Positions 63,146-64,000 of a stretch of 64,000 nucleotides of DNA are shown in pieces. The notes beneath the pieces were generated by a model. The model did no database searches, was not told the origin of the DNA, and saw only the letters and a program-made list of their open reading frames with translations. The stretch comes from Nitrospirota bacterium. GTDB taxonomy: Bacteria; Nitrospirota; UBA9217. How positions within the stretch are numbered: position 1 is the stretch's first letter; every line of letters begins with the position of its first letter. The stretch lies in the NCBI GenBank assembly GCA_963845065.1, contig CAWJQQ010000009.1, positions 768,001 through 832,000 of the forward strand, in the 5' to 3' direction. The translations under genes and the position numbers were made by a program.

Positions 63146-64000
63146 ATGGATAATCAGCCGATCAACATTTTCTCATTTCCACAAGCCATTCTTCATCTTG
63201 ATGCCGATGCCTTTTTTGCATCTTGTGAGCAGGCGATTCACCCTGAACTAAAGGGAAAGCCAGTGATAACGGGCAAGGAACGGGGAATTGTTGCGGCTGC
63301 GAGTTATGAGGCAAAGGCGAGAGGCGTTCAAAGGGGAATGCGCTTGTTTGAAGTAAAGAAGGTCTGCCCTGATGCTATCATACTCCCATCTGATTATGAG
63401 ACGTACAGCCTCTTTTCTATCCGTATGTTTGAGATACTGAGACGGTTCTCTCCTGATGTAGAAGAATACTCGATTGATGAGGCTTTTGTGGACTTGACAG
63501 GACTCAGAAGAAGCTTTCACGGATCCTATGAATCTATTGCGGAGAAGATGAGGAAGGCAATCGAAACTGAACTGGGTATCACCGTATCCGCAGGAGTTAG
63601 CTTATCTAAGGTTCTTGCTAAGATAGGTTCAAAACACAAGAAGCCGAACGGACTTACAATCATTCCGGGCAGGGAAATTCACCTGTTCTTAGACAAACTC
63701 CCTGTTGAGAAAGTTTGGGGAATAGGAGCGAACACATCGGCGTTCCTAAAGAAACATGGTATACTGACAGCTCTACAGTTTGCCAAAAGGGAAGAAGGAT
63801 GGATAAGCAGATATCTTTCGAAGCCCTACCATGAGATATGGCATGAGTTAAATGGTAGGAGCATCTATCCCGTTACCACGGAAACCAAGAACAGTTATCA
63901 GTCTATCAGCAAGGCAAAGACCTTCACCCCTGCATCAATGGACGAAATCTTTGTCTTTGCACAGCTATCAAAGAACCTTGAGAATGCCTGCATCAAGGCA
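63146..64000 (+). CDS. dinB: Y-family DNA polymerase IV (runs off the window; absent from the ORF track)
   Basis: Manual translation gives HLDADAFFAS, ASYEAKARG, YSIDEAF, KPNG and VWGIG. Confidence 0.93.
   Translation, partial: MDNQPINIFSFPQAILHLDADAFFASCEQAIHPELKGKPVITGKERGIVAAASYEAKARGVQRGMRLFEVKKVCPDAIILPSDYETYSLFSIRMFEILRRFSPDVEEYSIDEAFVDLTGLRRSFHGSYESIAEKMRKAIETELGITVSAGVSLSKVLAKIGSKHKKPNGLTIIPGREIHLFLDKLPVEKVWGIGANTSAFLKKHGILTALQFAKREEGWISRYLSKPYHEIWHELNGRSIYPVTTETKNSYQSISKAKTFTPASMDEIFVFAQLSKNLENACIKA

Overview
Bacterial accessory region, probably from an anaerobe (Nitrospirota/Desulfobacterota-like gene content; taxonomy is inference). Ordinary genes are interleaved with many mobile-element relics. 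I saw no rRNA, tRNA or CRISPR array. Main content: (1) IS200/IS605-type solo-tnpB elements with no tnpA in the window: two intact copies of one family, one frameshifted copy of a second family, several miniature derivatives and orphan omegaRNA/end hairpins, and a back-to-back fusion of two different right ends at 19-672; (2) intact ISL3 and IS3 elements plus IS110, IS3 and integrase-type relics; (3) an ArsS-type radical SAM gene whose apparent TGA stop is very likely selenocysteine (SECIS-like hairpin follows), next to an AhpD-like gene, a glucokinase and a MerA-like flavoprotein; (4) a Rieske/cytochrome b operon flanked by two pentaheme cytochromes c and followed by a tiny His-rich lipoprotein; (5) two highly repetitive beta-propeller lipoproteins whose variation is confined to a few positions per blade; (6) c-di-GMP signalling genes; (7) a divergent SRAP / LexA-UmuD-like / DinB mutagenesis cassette with a palindromic operator and apparently leaderless promoters. 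Family labels A-D for the tnpB elements are my own, for this window only.
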